Shown in pieces: positions 9,157-20,300 of a DNA stretch of 64,000 bases. This stretch comes from an uncultured Verrucomicrobiae bacterium (GTDB lineage Bacteria > Verrucomicrobiota > Verrucomicrobiia > Chthoniobacterales > JAFAMB01): contig CAWIPH010000002.1 in assembly GCA_963837955.1 (NCBI GenBank), forward strand, positions 2,144,001-2,208,000. The letters are read 5' to 3'. Position 1 is the first letter of the stretch. Each line of letters begins with the position of its first letter. Made by a program: the position numbers and the translations under genes. The notes under the pieces are model-generated. The model searched no databases and was not told where the DNA came from. It saw nothing but the letters and a program-made list of their open reading frames with translations.

Positions 9157-11124
9157 GTGACCAAAGATCGTAGGATTCGCGTAAGTTTTTTTGTTATTTC
9201 ATTTTGCGTGGGAGCGGTGCTCTGTTCGGCTGACGAAGCGACTCCGACAGCTCAGCTCAATAGCGAGACGCCGGCGACTTTCGCGCCCAAGACGGAGAGC
9301 TTCGATTATGTCCGGCGGACGGCGATGATCCCGATGCGCGACGGCGTCAAGCTCTACACTGTTATCCTGATTCCACGCGGCGCTCAGCATGCTCCGATCC
9401 TGCTTACCCGAACACCGTATGGCGCCGACGAGCGCATCGCCCAAGAGCCAAGCAGGCACCTGTCTGCAGTCCTAGGCAGCAAGGATGTCGCTGATCAGCT
9501 GGTTCTTAAAGAGGGGTACATCCGCGTCCTGCAGGATGTGCGTGGTAAGAACCGTTCAGAAGGCGACTACGTCATGACACGGCCATTGCGGGGTCCGCTC
9601 AATCCGACAAACGTCGATCATGCTACGGATGCATACGACACGATCGACTGGTTAGTGAAGAACGTTCCAGAATCGAACGGGAAGGTTGGTATCCTGGGCA
9701 TTTCCTATGATGGGTTTACTACGCTGATGGCGCTGTTCCACCCTCATCCGGCACTGCGCGCTGCCATGCCGATTAATCCAATGGTCGATGGGTGGATGGG
9801 CGACGACTGGTTCCACAATGGCGCGTTCCGACAGGCTGCGCTGAGTTATGTCTATGACCAGGAGGCGACGCGCGAAAGCAAAGAAAAATGGTGGTCCGAC
9901 CATTTCGACGACTATGAATCTTGGCTGGCGGCCGGTTCGTCCGGCGAGATGGCTCGCCAGCGTGGTGTGGATCAATTGGGATTTTATCAAAAGTTCCTGG
10001 CGCATCCGGCCTATGATGCGTTCTGGCAGGAGCAGGCCCTAGACAAGCTGTTGGCCAAGGAGCCGCTTACAGTGCCGGTGATGCTCGTGCACAGTTTGTG
10101 GGATCAGGAAGATATCTACGGCGCGCTGCACGTCTTCAAAGCGATCAAGCCAAAAGACAAGGATAACAGCAAAGTTTTCCTGGTTATGGGGCCGTGGTTC
10201 CATCACCAGGAGCGACTGGACGGCAGTGCCGTCGGCGAGATCCGTTTCGACGACGACACGGCGGCCTATTTCCGTCAGACATTGCTCCGCCAATTCTTTG
10301 ACCACTTTCTAAAGGACGATGCACCACCTGCCGATCTAGCACCGGTGAATGTCTTCGAGACGGGAACAAATAGGTGGGAGCGGCTACCTACATGGCCCGC
10401 CGGCAACGACGGTCAGCAGATCGATCCAGTCCCGCTTTATCTTCAGCCAAGCGGGAAGCTGGGCTTCGTGGCACCTGGCGCCGCTGAACCCGGCTTCGAC
10501 GAATATGTTTCCGATCCTGCCAAGCCTGTCCCGTTCCTGCCGCGGCCAATCCATCTCGGTAGCGATGAGGGAGAGCACGATTGGCAGACCTGGTTGGTAA
10601 GAGACCAGCGCGAGGCCTCCAGCCGAACGGACGTACTGACCTTCACGTCGGACGTTTTGACCGCACCGCTGAAAATCAGCGGTGCGCCCATCGTAAATCT
10701 GATTGCGTCCACGACCGGCACGGACGGTGACTTCGTCGTCAAGGTGATCGACGTCTATCCGGACGAAGTTGGACGTCAGCCGAAAATGGGCGGCTACCAA
10801 TTGATGATTTCAGCCGATATCTTTCGGGGGCGATATTTGGAAGGCTTCGATAAGCCGAAACCTATCCCGGCGAATGAAAAAAAACGTTACCGCTTCAATC
10901 TGCCGGATGCGAACCATGTGTTCTTGCCTGGCCACCGCTTGATGGTCCAAGTGCAGTCAAGTTGGTTCCCGCTCTACGATCGGAATCCGCAGACCTACGT
11001 CAGCAACATTTTCCTGGCCAAGCCGGCCGATTACCAGAAAGCCAGTATCAAAGTCTTTACGGCTGGTGAGAGCGCCAGCTTTGTCGAACTGCCGGTGGTG
11101 AAGAGCAATCTGACCCGCCGGTAG
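9157..11124 (+). CDS. CocE/NonD-family serine hydrolase (alpha-amino acid ester hydrolase-like), secreted
   Basis: IPMRDGVKL, LTRTPYG, QDVRG, nucleophile GISYDG, SSWFPLYDRNPQ; start uncertain (GTG 9157 precedes a signal-like stretch). Confidence 0.92.
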   Translation: MTKDRRIRVSFFVISFCVGAVLCSADEATPTAQLNSETPATFAPKTESFDYVRRTAMIPMRDGVKLYTVILIPRGAQHAPILLTRTPYGADERIAQEPSRHLSAVLGSKDVADQLVLKEGYIRVLQDVRGKNRSEGDYVMTRPLRGPLNPTNVDHATDAYDTIDWLVKNVPESNGKVGILGISYDGFTTLMALFHPHPALRAAMPINPMVDGWMGDDWFHNGAFRQAALSYVYDQEATRESKEKWWSDHFDDYESWLAAGSSGEMARQRGVDQLGFYQKFLAHPAYDAFWQEQALDKLLAKEPLTVPVMLVHSLWDQEDIYGALHVFKAIKPKDKDNSKVFLVMGPWFHHQERLDGSAVGEIRFDDDTAAYFRQTLLRQFFDHFLKDDAPPADLAPVNVFETGTNRWERLPTWPAGNDGQQIDPVPLYLQPSGKLGFVAPGAAEPGFDEYVSDPAKPVPFLPRPIHLGSDEGEHDWQTWLVRDQREASSRTDVLTFTSDVLTAPLKISGAPIVNLIASTTGTDGDFVVKVIDVYPDEVGRQPKMGGYQLMISADIFRGRYLEGFDKPKPIPANEKKRYRFNLPDANHVFLPGHRLMVQVQSSWFPLYDRNPQTYVSNIFLAKPADYQKASIKVFTAGESASFVELPVVKSNLTRR

Positions 11125-11306
11125 GAGGCTCTCCGGCTCTCTCCAAAGTAAGAGCTCGGGACGACCACAAAACGCAGTCGTCGCCGGTTCAACTCAGAAT
11201 TTGGATTGCATTCGACGTGCTCTAGCCTAACAGGATCTGACCGATTTCTCGATTCGGCGGTCGCGGAGCGATCTGCCTAGCGAGTCCAACACTCTATTTT
11301 TTCAAC

Positions 11307-12209
11307 ATGTTCGTCACAAAACCGCGATTATTCCTCAACTACATTCTCAAAAACAAGTTTGCTGTTCCTTCCTTTAACGTGAGCAATCTGGAAATGGTTC
11401 GAGCCGTAATCGAAGCGGCAGAACTCGAAGATGCCCCGGTGATGGTGCAGACTGATTTCATTAACTTCAATTATGCTGGAATGACCGAACTTTCCGGTAT
11501 GATTCGGAGCCTGGCAGAACGGACACCAGTGCCAGTGTTGATGCATCAGGATCATCCCGGCGAAGACGAGAATATCTACCGCACCCTTCGGCACGGCTAT
11601 TTTTCCGTGATGTATGACGGCGGACATCATCCGTTAGCGGACAACATCCGAGGCACAATTCGGTTTGCCGAAGCTGCCCACGCGTCGGGTGCGATTCTCG
11701 AATCCGAAATTGGTCAATTCGGCGGAGAATACCAGGGGGGTCGTGCCATCCGAGCGGCTGGGGAAGAAACTGCGGAAATGGCGGAAAAGAGTGGAACCGA
11801 CACTTTGGCGGTTTCGGTCGGCTCTGAGCACGGGCAGAAAACCCGGCTTGACCTGGAGCTATTGAGCGAGATCGCCAAATGCACTCACATCCCTTTGGTT
11901 CTACATGGCGGTAGCGGCATCCATCCGGATGATGCGAAAGCGGCGACCCAGCTCAACGTGTACAAAATCAACATAGGAGCAGCCTTGATTAACGGCTTTG
12001 TTGACGCCTTGGCCGAGGGCGCAGCGTTGCCTCCGGCTCACGATCCGAAACATCAGGTCATTCTTCGACATGTGATCGAAAGGTTGCGCGAAATCGCTCG
12101 GACGCGCCTCTCGTTGTTCGGAGCCTCCAACCATGGAAAGAAGTTGCTGCAAGAGCTGATTGTCGCCCAGAGTGATTTGCCCCATCGGATCGAGCTAGCG
12201 AAACTATGA
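11307..12209 (+). CDS. Class II fructose/tagatose-bisphosphate aldolase
   Basis: AVPSFN, HQDH, SVMYDG, AVSVGSEHG, LVLHGGSG, KINIG. Confidence 0.92.
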   Translation: MFVTKPRLFLNYILKNKFAVPSFNVSNLEMVRAVIEAAELEDAPVMVQTDFINFNYAGMTELSGMIRSLAERTPVPVLMHQDHPGEDENIYRTLRHGYFSVMYDGGHHPLADNIRGTIRFAEAAHASGAILESEIGQFGGEYQGGRAIRAAGEETAEMAEKSGTDTLAVSVGSEHGQKTRLDLELLSEIAKCTHIPLVLHGGSGIHPDDAKAATQLNVYKINIGAALINGFVDALAEGAALPPAHDPKHQVILRHVIERLREIARTRLSLFGASNHGKKLLQELIVAQSDLPHRIELAKL

Positions 12210-13132
12210 TCTCCCTAGCTGGTACGCTGGTGGCCGACATCATGGCGCGCCCAATCAGCGAATGGCCAAAAAAGGGCAGTGTCGTTACAATCCAAGAAAT
12301 CGAAATTCAACAGGGAGGCGCGGTCGCGAATACCGGGCAGATCCTGGAACGATTTGGTGTGCCAGTCTCCGCCCACGCCGCGGTGGGCGACGACAATCTT
12401 GGCCGGATGATCAAGAGTTTGGTGGAGGATTGGGCGACCCGACCGGGGATTCAAGTGCTGGCCGAGCGCCGTACGACCACGACGGTGGTCGCGGTGGGAG
12501 AGGACGGTGATCGGAGCTTCATCAATGCGCCCGGAGCGTGTGATCAATTCCAGCTTACCGAAGCGCAAATTGAAGAGGATGTGCGACTCGGCGCGCGTGT
12601 TTTTCACGTGGGTTACGCCCTCATTCTGCCAGCCTTTGACGGTAAGCCGATGAAACGGGCGTTTCGCCGAGCCAGAGAACTGGGCGTCTTGACCTCTCTT
12701 GACGTGACGTACGATGAGTCAACCCGATGGCCATCATTGCTCGAGCTGATGCCGGAGGTAGACGTTTTCTGTCCGAGTCTTTCAGAGGCGGAAGCGATCA
12801 CCGGCAAATCTGGGGCTGCCCAGTCCGCTGAGGCTCTCGAGCAAGCTGGCGTGAAACAGTTTATCGCGGTCACCGATGGAGCTCGCGGTGCCGTCGTCCG
12901 TATTCCGGGTCAGGTCGAGGAAAAGTTCCCGGCGCTTCCAGCGAAGGCGATCGACACTACCGGAGCAGGGGACGCGTTCATCGCGGCCGTGTTGGCAGCA
13001 TGGTACCGCGGACTGGATTGGCGAACGGCTGCTCGAGCCGGAATCGCGGCCGGTTCTTTGGCGGTGACCAGCGGAAAACGATACGAGAATCTGCGGAGCT
13101 GGCCACAGATCGAAGCGCTGATCGGGTCGTAA
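12206..13132 (+). CDS. PfkB-family carbohydrate kinase
   Basis: GGAVAN, VGDDNLG and DTTGAGDAF signatures; ATGA overlap with the aldolase. Confidence 0.93.
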   Translation: MISLAGTLVADIMARPISEWPKKGSVVTIQEIEIQQGGAVANTGQILERFGVPVSAHAAVGDDNLGRMIKSLVEDWATRPGIQVLAERRTTTTVVAVGEDGDRSFINAPGACDQFQLTEAQIEEDVRLGARVFHVGYALILPAFDGKPMKRAFRRARELGVLTSLDVTYDESTRWPSLLELMPEVDVFCPSLSEAEAITGKSGAAQSAEALEQAGVKQFIAVTDGARGAVVRIPGQVEEKFPALPAKAIDTTGAGDAFIAAVLAAWYRGLDWRTAARAGIAAGSLAVTSGKRYENLRSWPQIEALIGS

Positions 13133-13235
13133 GGGGAGTTGTTCTGGACGACGTGCTTGCCGCCGTCGTTTGGCCAATCAAGAGGCGCAGTCGCCATTGT
13201 CATCCCGGGCGGTCAGATGAAACCGCGAACAGACA

Positions 13236-13454
13236 CTACACACCGCCGTCGCGGGCTTTGCGCTTACCGTCGCGCAATCGGACGATCGTGGCCGTATGCG
13301 GCGACTGTAATCCTGCGCCGTCCAGCACAATGCCAGACTCTTTGACGGCCAAGACATAGGCCATAAAAGCAGCCCAAAACGCGGGAGCCTTTTCGGAATG
13401 GGCGCGGACGTCGCAGTCGTCTTCCGACCCGTTGAATTGAAGCATGTATTTCAT
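13236..13454 (-). pseudogene. Truncated YciI/DGPF-family protein
   Basis: MKYML...GAGLQSPHTATIVRLRDGKRKARDG matches the N-terminal two-thirds of the family and stops where the DGPF motif should be. Confidence 0.7.
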
Positions 13455-13586
13455 GATCGTGATGGTGGAGTCCGTAACCGTTTTTGATCGTGTTTGAGCA
13501 GCAACGTTTTCCCGACTCCATCATCACGACGTTTGGCGACGATGCTTTTCGACACGATGTAGAAAATATTTGTGACGGACGACGCA

Positions 13587-14279
13587 GTAGCCTGATCCTT
13601 CCTCCTTTCGTTCCCGCAAAACCCATAAACTACGGCGGACAAGCCTGGCTCAGGAACCCAGGGTTGCGGCGATTGTGAGAGGTGAAAAGTGATTGGTGAT
13701 TAGTGGATGCCTATCGGCAGTAAGCAGGGAGCGGGGAGCCGGACGCCGGGGGTATGCCGTTGCGTTGTCGATCGTCACAACAGAACCGCCCGGCGTGTCG
13801 GATACGCCAATACGCCGAAGGCGTTAGAGGACTCAGCCCGGGGTGAAGGCTTTGCGCAACCCCGGGTAGCCTAAGAAATGCGCGCCCGCTCTGAAAGAGC
13901 GCAAGACCATCCGGCTGAACGGCGCTCAATTACCGGCTCCAATCGAGGGCATGAACACCCCTTCTAGATCTTCTTACCCCGCCTCGGCATCTACGGATTG
14001 TCGCTGCGCTCACCGAGCTCCATAGAAAACTTCTTGCGCTCCTTCAGAGCGGACGCGTTGGTTTGTACTACCCGGGGTTGCGCAAAGCCTTCACCCCGGG
14101 CTGAGTCCTCTAACGCCTTCCGACTTCGCCAACCATTAGCTATGATTCGACGTCACAGAAGGGCTCCGTCGGACAGGTCGGCGTATCTGCCACCTGCTTC
14201 CGCTTCCTAATGACCCATTCACCAATCACTTCTCACCTCTCACAATCGCTGCAGCCCTGAGGCTGGAGCATCAGGCTAC
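13587..14279. repeat. Nested (Russian-doll) inverted-repeat element, REPIN/MITE-like
   Basis: Outer GTAGCCTGA/TCAGGCTAC; middle arms about 13661-13699 and 14219-14258; inner arms about 13817-13907 and 14031-14120. Confidence 0.85.
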
Positions 14280-14359
14280 TTTGCGCACGTCAGGCCACAC
14301 GGCGATGGGTTGATTGATCTCGATATTCAAAATTGCATTGCTTAGCCTCGGACGCGTCT

Positions 14360-15916
14360 ATGAAATTGCCCCGCGCCCTCGCGTCGGTTTTCTTTCTGCA
14401 TCACCTTTCGATTGTTTTCTGTATTCCAACAATTCGAGCCGAAGATGGTAATGGTTTACCAATCCGCTTGTATGTACGTGAGGTTTCACTAGCGGTATTG
14501 GGGAAGCAGGCAAAAGTACTGGCGATTGAGCAGGATAGCGGCGTTCAAGGCTTCGGGCCGCAAACGTCATCCGGATTTAATGTTGAGGTAGTTAACCAGT
14601 TAAAGGTGCCAACTTCTATCCATTGGCACGGACTCGTACTGCCCGCTTTGATGGATGGCGTACCGTTTGTGAGCCAGGAACCCATTCCGCCAAATGGAAA
14701 GTTCCATTACCAATTTCCGCTCAATCAAAGTGGTACGTACTGGATGCATTCGCACTTCGGACTGCAAGAACAGTCGTTAGGTACCGCACCGCTCATCCTT
14801 TGGACGAAAGAAGAACAGGCCAAAGCGGATGAACAATACGTGGTTCTGTTAGGCGACTTTTCATTCAAGCCGCCCAGCCAGATTCTACAGGAACTCAAAG
14901 CCGGCATGAAAAAAATGAAAGGAATGAGCAAGACGAAAGGCATGGGCGGCATGAAGGAAGCGCGAAAGAGTCAAACATTAGTTGCCCAGAAATGGGACGA
15001 CGCCGCGCAACGCTTCACAGCTACTTCGCTTGAAGGCGAACTTCCCGATACAGACGTCAAATACGACGCGCTTCTCGCCAATCGCCGGACTCTTGACGAT
15101 CCGCAGGTGTTCCGGGTTAAGCCGGGCCATACGGTACTCTTGCGAATAATTGCTGGTTCATCTGCGACAAATTTTTTCGTCGACACGGGAGCGTTGACTG
15201 CAGAACTCACAGCCGCCGACGGGCAAGACATCCTGCCGTTAGCTGGTAATTTTTTTCAGTTAGGGATCGCTCAACGGATCGATTTGCTGATGAAAATCCC
15301 TGACCAAGGAGGCGTTTTCCCTATCATCGCGCAGGGTGAAGGGACTAGACAGCGGTGCGGTGTTGTCCTCGCAACGGAGGGAGACGCGGTTCCTAAGGTG
15401 CCTGTCGAAGCGAAATTTCCGGCGGCTGGATTGGACAACACTCAAGAGTTGAGATTGACGGCAAAGAATCCTTTGCCGGAAAGGTCGGTAGAACGGTCTC
15501 TGCCGTGCGTCCTCGGGGGCAACATGGCAAATTATAGTTGGACGGTTAATGGCTTCGCCTATCCCAATAATAACAGTCTCAATGTGAAGGAAGGCGAACG
15601 CGTTGAAATCGTCATGCGCAACGACACCGGCATGTCGCATCCAATGCATCTGCATGGCCACGACGTCCAGGTGATCGAGATTGATGGCAGAAAGGTGAAC
15701 GGCGCTGTGCGTGACACGTTAATCGTCCCGCCGCGGTCAACTATCAAAGTAATCCTCGATGCGAACAACCCGGGCGTCTGGGCTTTTCATTGCCACATCC
15801 TCTATCATCTAGCGGCGGGTATGTTTACGGTCCTGAAATACGAGGGAGCCAATACAGAATTCTGGCAACCTAATAAGACGCTTAGCGAACTTACACCAGT
15901 GGGATCGGTGCGCTGA
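14360..15916 (+). CDS. Multicopper oxidase (CopA/CueO-like) with Met-rich insert
   Basis: Cu ligands HWHG, WMHSH, HPMHLHGH, HCHILYH...M. Confidence 0.95.
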   Translation: MKLPRALASVFFLHHLSIVFCIPTIRAEDGNGLPIRLYVREVSLAVLGKQAKVLAIEQDSGVQGFGPQTSSGFNVEVVNQLKVPTSIHWHGLVLPALMDGVPFVSQEPIPPNGKFHYQFPLNQSGTYWMHSHFGLQEQSLGTAPLILWTKEEQAKADEQYVVLLGDFSFKPPSQILQELKAGMKKMKGMSKTKGMGGMKEARKSQTLVAQKWDDAAQRFTATSLEGELPDTDVKYDALLANRRTLDDPQVFRVKPGHTVLLRIIAGSSATNFFVDTGALTAELTAADGQDILPLAGNFFQLGIAQRIDLLMKIPDQGGVFPIIAQGEGTRQRCGVVLATEGDAVPKVPVEAKFPAAGLDNTQELRLTAKNPLPERSVERSLPCVLGGNMANYSWTVNGFAYPNNNSLNVKEGERVEIVMRNDTGMSHPMHLHGHDVQVIEIDGRKVNGAVRDTLIVPPRSTIKVILDANNPGVWAFHCHILYHLAAGMFTVLKYEGANTEFWQPNKTLSELTPVGSVR

Positions 15917-16154
15917 TCTTGCTAGCGATCGCCCCGTTCCCCCGGCTGTTTGTGAAAATCTGCAGAATGAATCTTGGCGTTGGCCAAGGCTTCTGACACA
16001 ATGCGACTCTTCTGACCGCGCCGAGCTGGATACTCAGTGCGAGCAGAATGTAACCAGGTCAATATGACACCCCCCAGACTTGGTTCACAAATCATTCAGG
16101 AAGTTGATGTTTCGCCTCGCCAGGAATTTGGCGGAATGAAGCCTCGGACATGAC

Positions 16155-17324
16155 GTGAAAATGAATCTAATCTCAGCTCAGCGGTCCACCTCAACCGCTC
16201 TTGGCTCTGTCTTTGTTTGTGCGCTCCTGGTTGCGGGGTGCAAAAAAGAAAATACCAGCGTTGCGCCCATTGAGACGATCGAGGTGACTGCGGTGAAGGT
16301 TGAGCCGCGTGATGTGCCGATCACTTTCGAATGGGTCGCTCAGACCGAGAGCTCGCGACAGGTCGAAATTCGAGCGCGCGTCGAGGGCATTCTGGAAAAG
16401 CGCGTCTTCAAGGAAGGCGCGGTGGTCCAAGAAGGGCAGGTGATGTTCGAAATGGAGCGCAAGCCATTTGAGGCACGCCTCGACGCGGCAAAAGCGGAGC
16501 TCGGCCAACAGGAAGCACGCTTGGAAGGTGCGCGGCAAACGCTCGATCGCGTCCAGGGCTTGTCGCAAAAAAATGTGGTGAGCCGCCAGGACCTAGATGA
16601 CGCCACCAATTCGGAACGGGCGGCGGCCGCGTCGGTTGAGGCGGCCAAGGCCAAGGTAGCAGAAGCGGAGCTCAATCTCGGCTACACGATAATCCGCTCG
16701 CCGATCACAGGATTGTCGTCGTTCGCAACCAAGCACGACGGCAGCTACATCAGCGGTGCGGCGGATAGCATGCTGACTTACGTTGCGGCGCTCGATCCGA
16801 TGCGGGTCAATTTCAGCATTTCGGAGAATCAGGTGTTGCGTCTCCGGGAAGAGGTCAAAGCCGGGCGGCTTGTCTTTCCACCAGCCGATGCCTTCGATGT
16901 GGAGGTCGTGCTGGCCGATGGCAGAGTCCATCCGCAGAAAGGCGAACTCACCTTTTCAGATTTGGCTTTCAGTCGCGAGACGGGGACTTTTCTCGTAAGA
17001 GCTGAAGTGCCAAACCCAGAGGGCGATCTGCGCCCCGGTCAGTTTGTGCGCGCCCGGCTACTCGGTTCGGTGCGCCCTAAAGCGATCCTCGTACCCAAGC
17101 GCGCAGTGCTTCAGGGTGCACAGGGGAGTTTCGTGTGGGTGGTAGGCCCGGAAGGGAAGGCGGAGCAGCGCCCGCTTGAACTTGGCGACTGGCATGGTGA
17201 CGACTGGTTTGTTAACGAAGGGTTACAACCCGGCGAGATGGTGGTCGTAGACGGAGGCATTAAGGTTCAGCCCGGTGCGAAACTTAAAGTCGTTGAACCT
17301 GCTACTCAAGCCGCAACCAAATAG
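16155..17324 (+). CDS. RND efflux periplasmic adaptor (MFP), lipoprotein
   Basis: LVAGC lipobox; VEIRARVEG; IRSPITG; LRPGQF. Confidence 0.93.
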   Translation: MKMNLISAQRSTSTALGSVFVCALLVAGCKKENTSVAPIETIEVTAVKVEPRDVPITFEWVAQTESSRQVEIRARVEGILEKRVFKEGAVVQEGQVMFEMERKPFEARLDAAKAELGQQEARLEGARQTLDRVQGLSQKNVVSRQDLDDATNSERAAAASVEAAKAKVAEAELNLGYTIIRSPITGLSSFATKHDGSYISGAADSMLTYVAALDPMRVNFSISENQVLRLREEVKAGRLVFPPADAFDVEVVLADGRVHPQKGELTFSDLAFSRETGTFLVRAEVPNPEGDLRPGQFVRARLLGSVRPKAILVPKRAVLQGAQGSFVWVVGPEGKAEQRPLELGDWHGDDWFVNEGLQPGEMVVVDGGIKVQPGAKLKVVEPATQAATK

Positions 17325-17333
17325 AAAACCGCT

Positions 17334-20300
17334 ATGATTTCGCGATTCTGCATCCAGCGGCCGATCTTTGCCATTGTTTTATCCGTCGTGATAATGATCG
17401 CCGGCCTCGGTGCGATGCTTAGTCTACCCATTGCGCAGTATCCCGAAATCTCGCCCCCTCAGGTCACGGTCTCCACCTCCTATCCTGGCGCCGATGCTGA
17501 CACTATCGCACAGGCCGTGGCAGCGCCAATCGAGACGCAGGTGAACGGCGTGGACAACATGTTATACATGGAGTCTTCCTGCTCTTCGGCGGGCCAGTAC
17601 ACGCTCTCTATTTCTTTCCAGGTTGGTACCAATCCGGACACCGCGCAGGTCCAGGTACAAAACCGGGTAAGTCTCGCCCTTCCATCCCTGCCGGACACGG
17701 TGCAGCGCGGGGGCGTCCAGACGGAAAAAAGGTCGAACTCTTTTCTGATGATTATCGGTGTCTACTCGCCGGATGGGCGCTACGACGCGGAATACATAGG
17801 CAACTACGCCAACCTCTATGTATTGGATGCACTCAAGCGCATTCCAGGCGCCAACCAGTCGTCGATTCTCGGTGTTCCTGACCTGGCGATGCGAATCTGG
17901 CTCAAGCCCGATCGCATGGCTAGCCTCGGGATCACGCCCAGCGACATTACCCGCGCGGTTTCGGCACAAAATCAGCAATTCGGCGCGGGTAGCGTTGGCC
18001 GCTCGCCGACCGAAAGTCCCGTTGCGATGACTTTCCCGATCGTGACTGAAGGACGGTTCAGCACGCCCCAGGAATTTGACGATATCATTCTGCGCGCAGA
18101 TCCGAATGGCGTCGCTATCGTGCGGCTGAAGGACGTCGGCCGCGCCGAAGTGGGCCTCAGGGACTACCTTCTGCGCTCCAAACTGAACGGCAAGCCGGCC
18201 ACCCTCATCGCCATCTATCAGCAAGCCGGTTCGAATGCGCTGGCAGTGGCGAATAATGTGCGGCAAACGCTTGGAGAATTGAAACGTAATTTTCCCCAGG
18301 GGCTCGACTACACAGTCTCGCTCGACACGACAAAGTTCGTTAAGGCATCGATCAAAGAGGTGGAGCACACTTTGTTCGAGGCGATACTCCTCGTCTTGGC
18401 CGTCGTATTCCTTTTTTTGCAAAACTTTCGGGCCACGATCATACCCACGCTTGCGGTCATCGTGTCGCTATTAGGGGCTTTCATCGGGATGTTAGCGTTG
18501 GGCTTCTCGATCAATCTTCTTACGCTATTTGGCCTAGTAGTCGCGATTGGAATCGTGGTGGATGACGCCATCGTGGTTGTCGAAGCCGTTGAGCACAACA
18601 TGGCGGCGCTTAACCTCTCAGCGCGCGATGCGGCTTTCCGCGCAATGGAAGAAGTCTCCGGACCGGTGATCGCTGTCGTGCTCGTGCTCGCGGCCGTCTT
18701 CCTGCCAACAGCAGCAATTAGCGGTACAACGGGCCAGCTTTACAAACAATTTGCCGTGACCATTGCCGTCTCAGTCGCGATCTCCGGATTTGTCGCATTG
18801 ACTCTCACTCCGGCACTCTGTGCGCTTTGGCTCAGGCCGCGTCATGGTCCGCGTCGAGGGTTCTTCGGATGGTTTAATCGCGGCTTTGATCGAGTAACCA
18901 ATCTCTACGGCTCTGGCGTAAGCTACATGATCCGACGGTCCGTCTTAGCGCTCTGCTTGCTCGCGGTAATGCTTTTTTGCACCTGGAAGCTTTTCACGAC
19001 TGTGCCCGGCAGCTTCGTGCCGCCCGAAGATCAAGGCTACGTATTGGTTGCAGCGATTCTGCCTGATGGCGCGAGCTTGGATCGGGCTGAGAAGGTTTCA
19101 GATACCATATCGGATATTTTCACTAAAGAGCCCGCAGTTAAAGACTCGTCGGTTCTCGCCGGCTACAGCTTACTTGACGGCCAATTTAAAACCAGAGCGG
19201 GGACGTTATTCGTATCATTGAAGGATTTCGACGAAAGAAAGGGTGCTGAAAATAGCGCCTTTGCGCTGATCGACCGAGTCCGGCCTAAGCTGGCTGCAAT
19301 TAAGGAGGCGATAGTCATCCCGGTTAACCCGCCATCGATCCCCGGTCTCGGTGCCCAAGGTGGATTCGAATTTTGGATACAAAGCCGCGGACAAGGTGAC
19401 GCAGGCCGACTTCAGGAGGTCGTACGTGCATTCCTGGCTAAGGCCAATCAGCGACCCGAACTTGCCGATCTCAGCGCAACCCTTGATGCGGCGTCCCGGC
19501 AACTTCGGCTTCAGGTGGATCGGGCGAAAGCCGAGACCCTCGGTGTTCCGGTTCAGGACGTTTATGACGCGGTGCAAACGCTCTTCGGGTCATTATTTGC
19601 CAGCCAATACAACAAATACAGTCGGGTCTGGCAGGTTATACTCCAAGCAGAGGCGCAATACCGGGCCAACCCCGACGACATCGACAGCATTTATGTTCGT
19701 AGCCGCTCGAACAAAATGGTGCCGCTTTCTGCCGTGGTCAGCAGCCGTTACAGCGTTGGACCGGATCTCATCCAGCGCTTCAACAACTTCCTCTCGGTGC
19801 GCGTCAACGGCAATGCGGCCAAGGGTTTCAGTTCTGGGCAGGCGATCGCGGCGATGGAAGCAGTCGCCCACGAAATCCTGCCCGAAGGCTACACCTTCCA
19901 ATGGTCCGGCCAGGCGCTCGAGGAGAAGAAATCAGGCTCGTCCTCGTCCCTCGTCTTTGTCTTCGGCGTTGTTTTCGTCTTCCTGATTCTCGCGGCCCAA
20001 TACGAATCATGGGGATTACCAATGGCAGTCATCACCGCCGTTCCGTTTGCCATTTTCGGTGCGATTCTCGGGGTCTGGCTGCGCGGATTGGAAAACGATG
20101 TCTATTTTCAAATCGGTCTGGTGACGCTGGTCGGTCTCGCTGCCAAAAACGCGATACTCATTGTTGAATTTGCTGTCCTCAAACGCCGGGAAGGTTTGTC
20201 CGTCCGCGACGCTGCTATTGAGGCGGCCCGGCTACGTCTTCGACCGATTATCATGACCTCTCTCGCCTTTATCTTTGGCATGGTGCCCATGTTCATCGCG

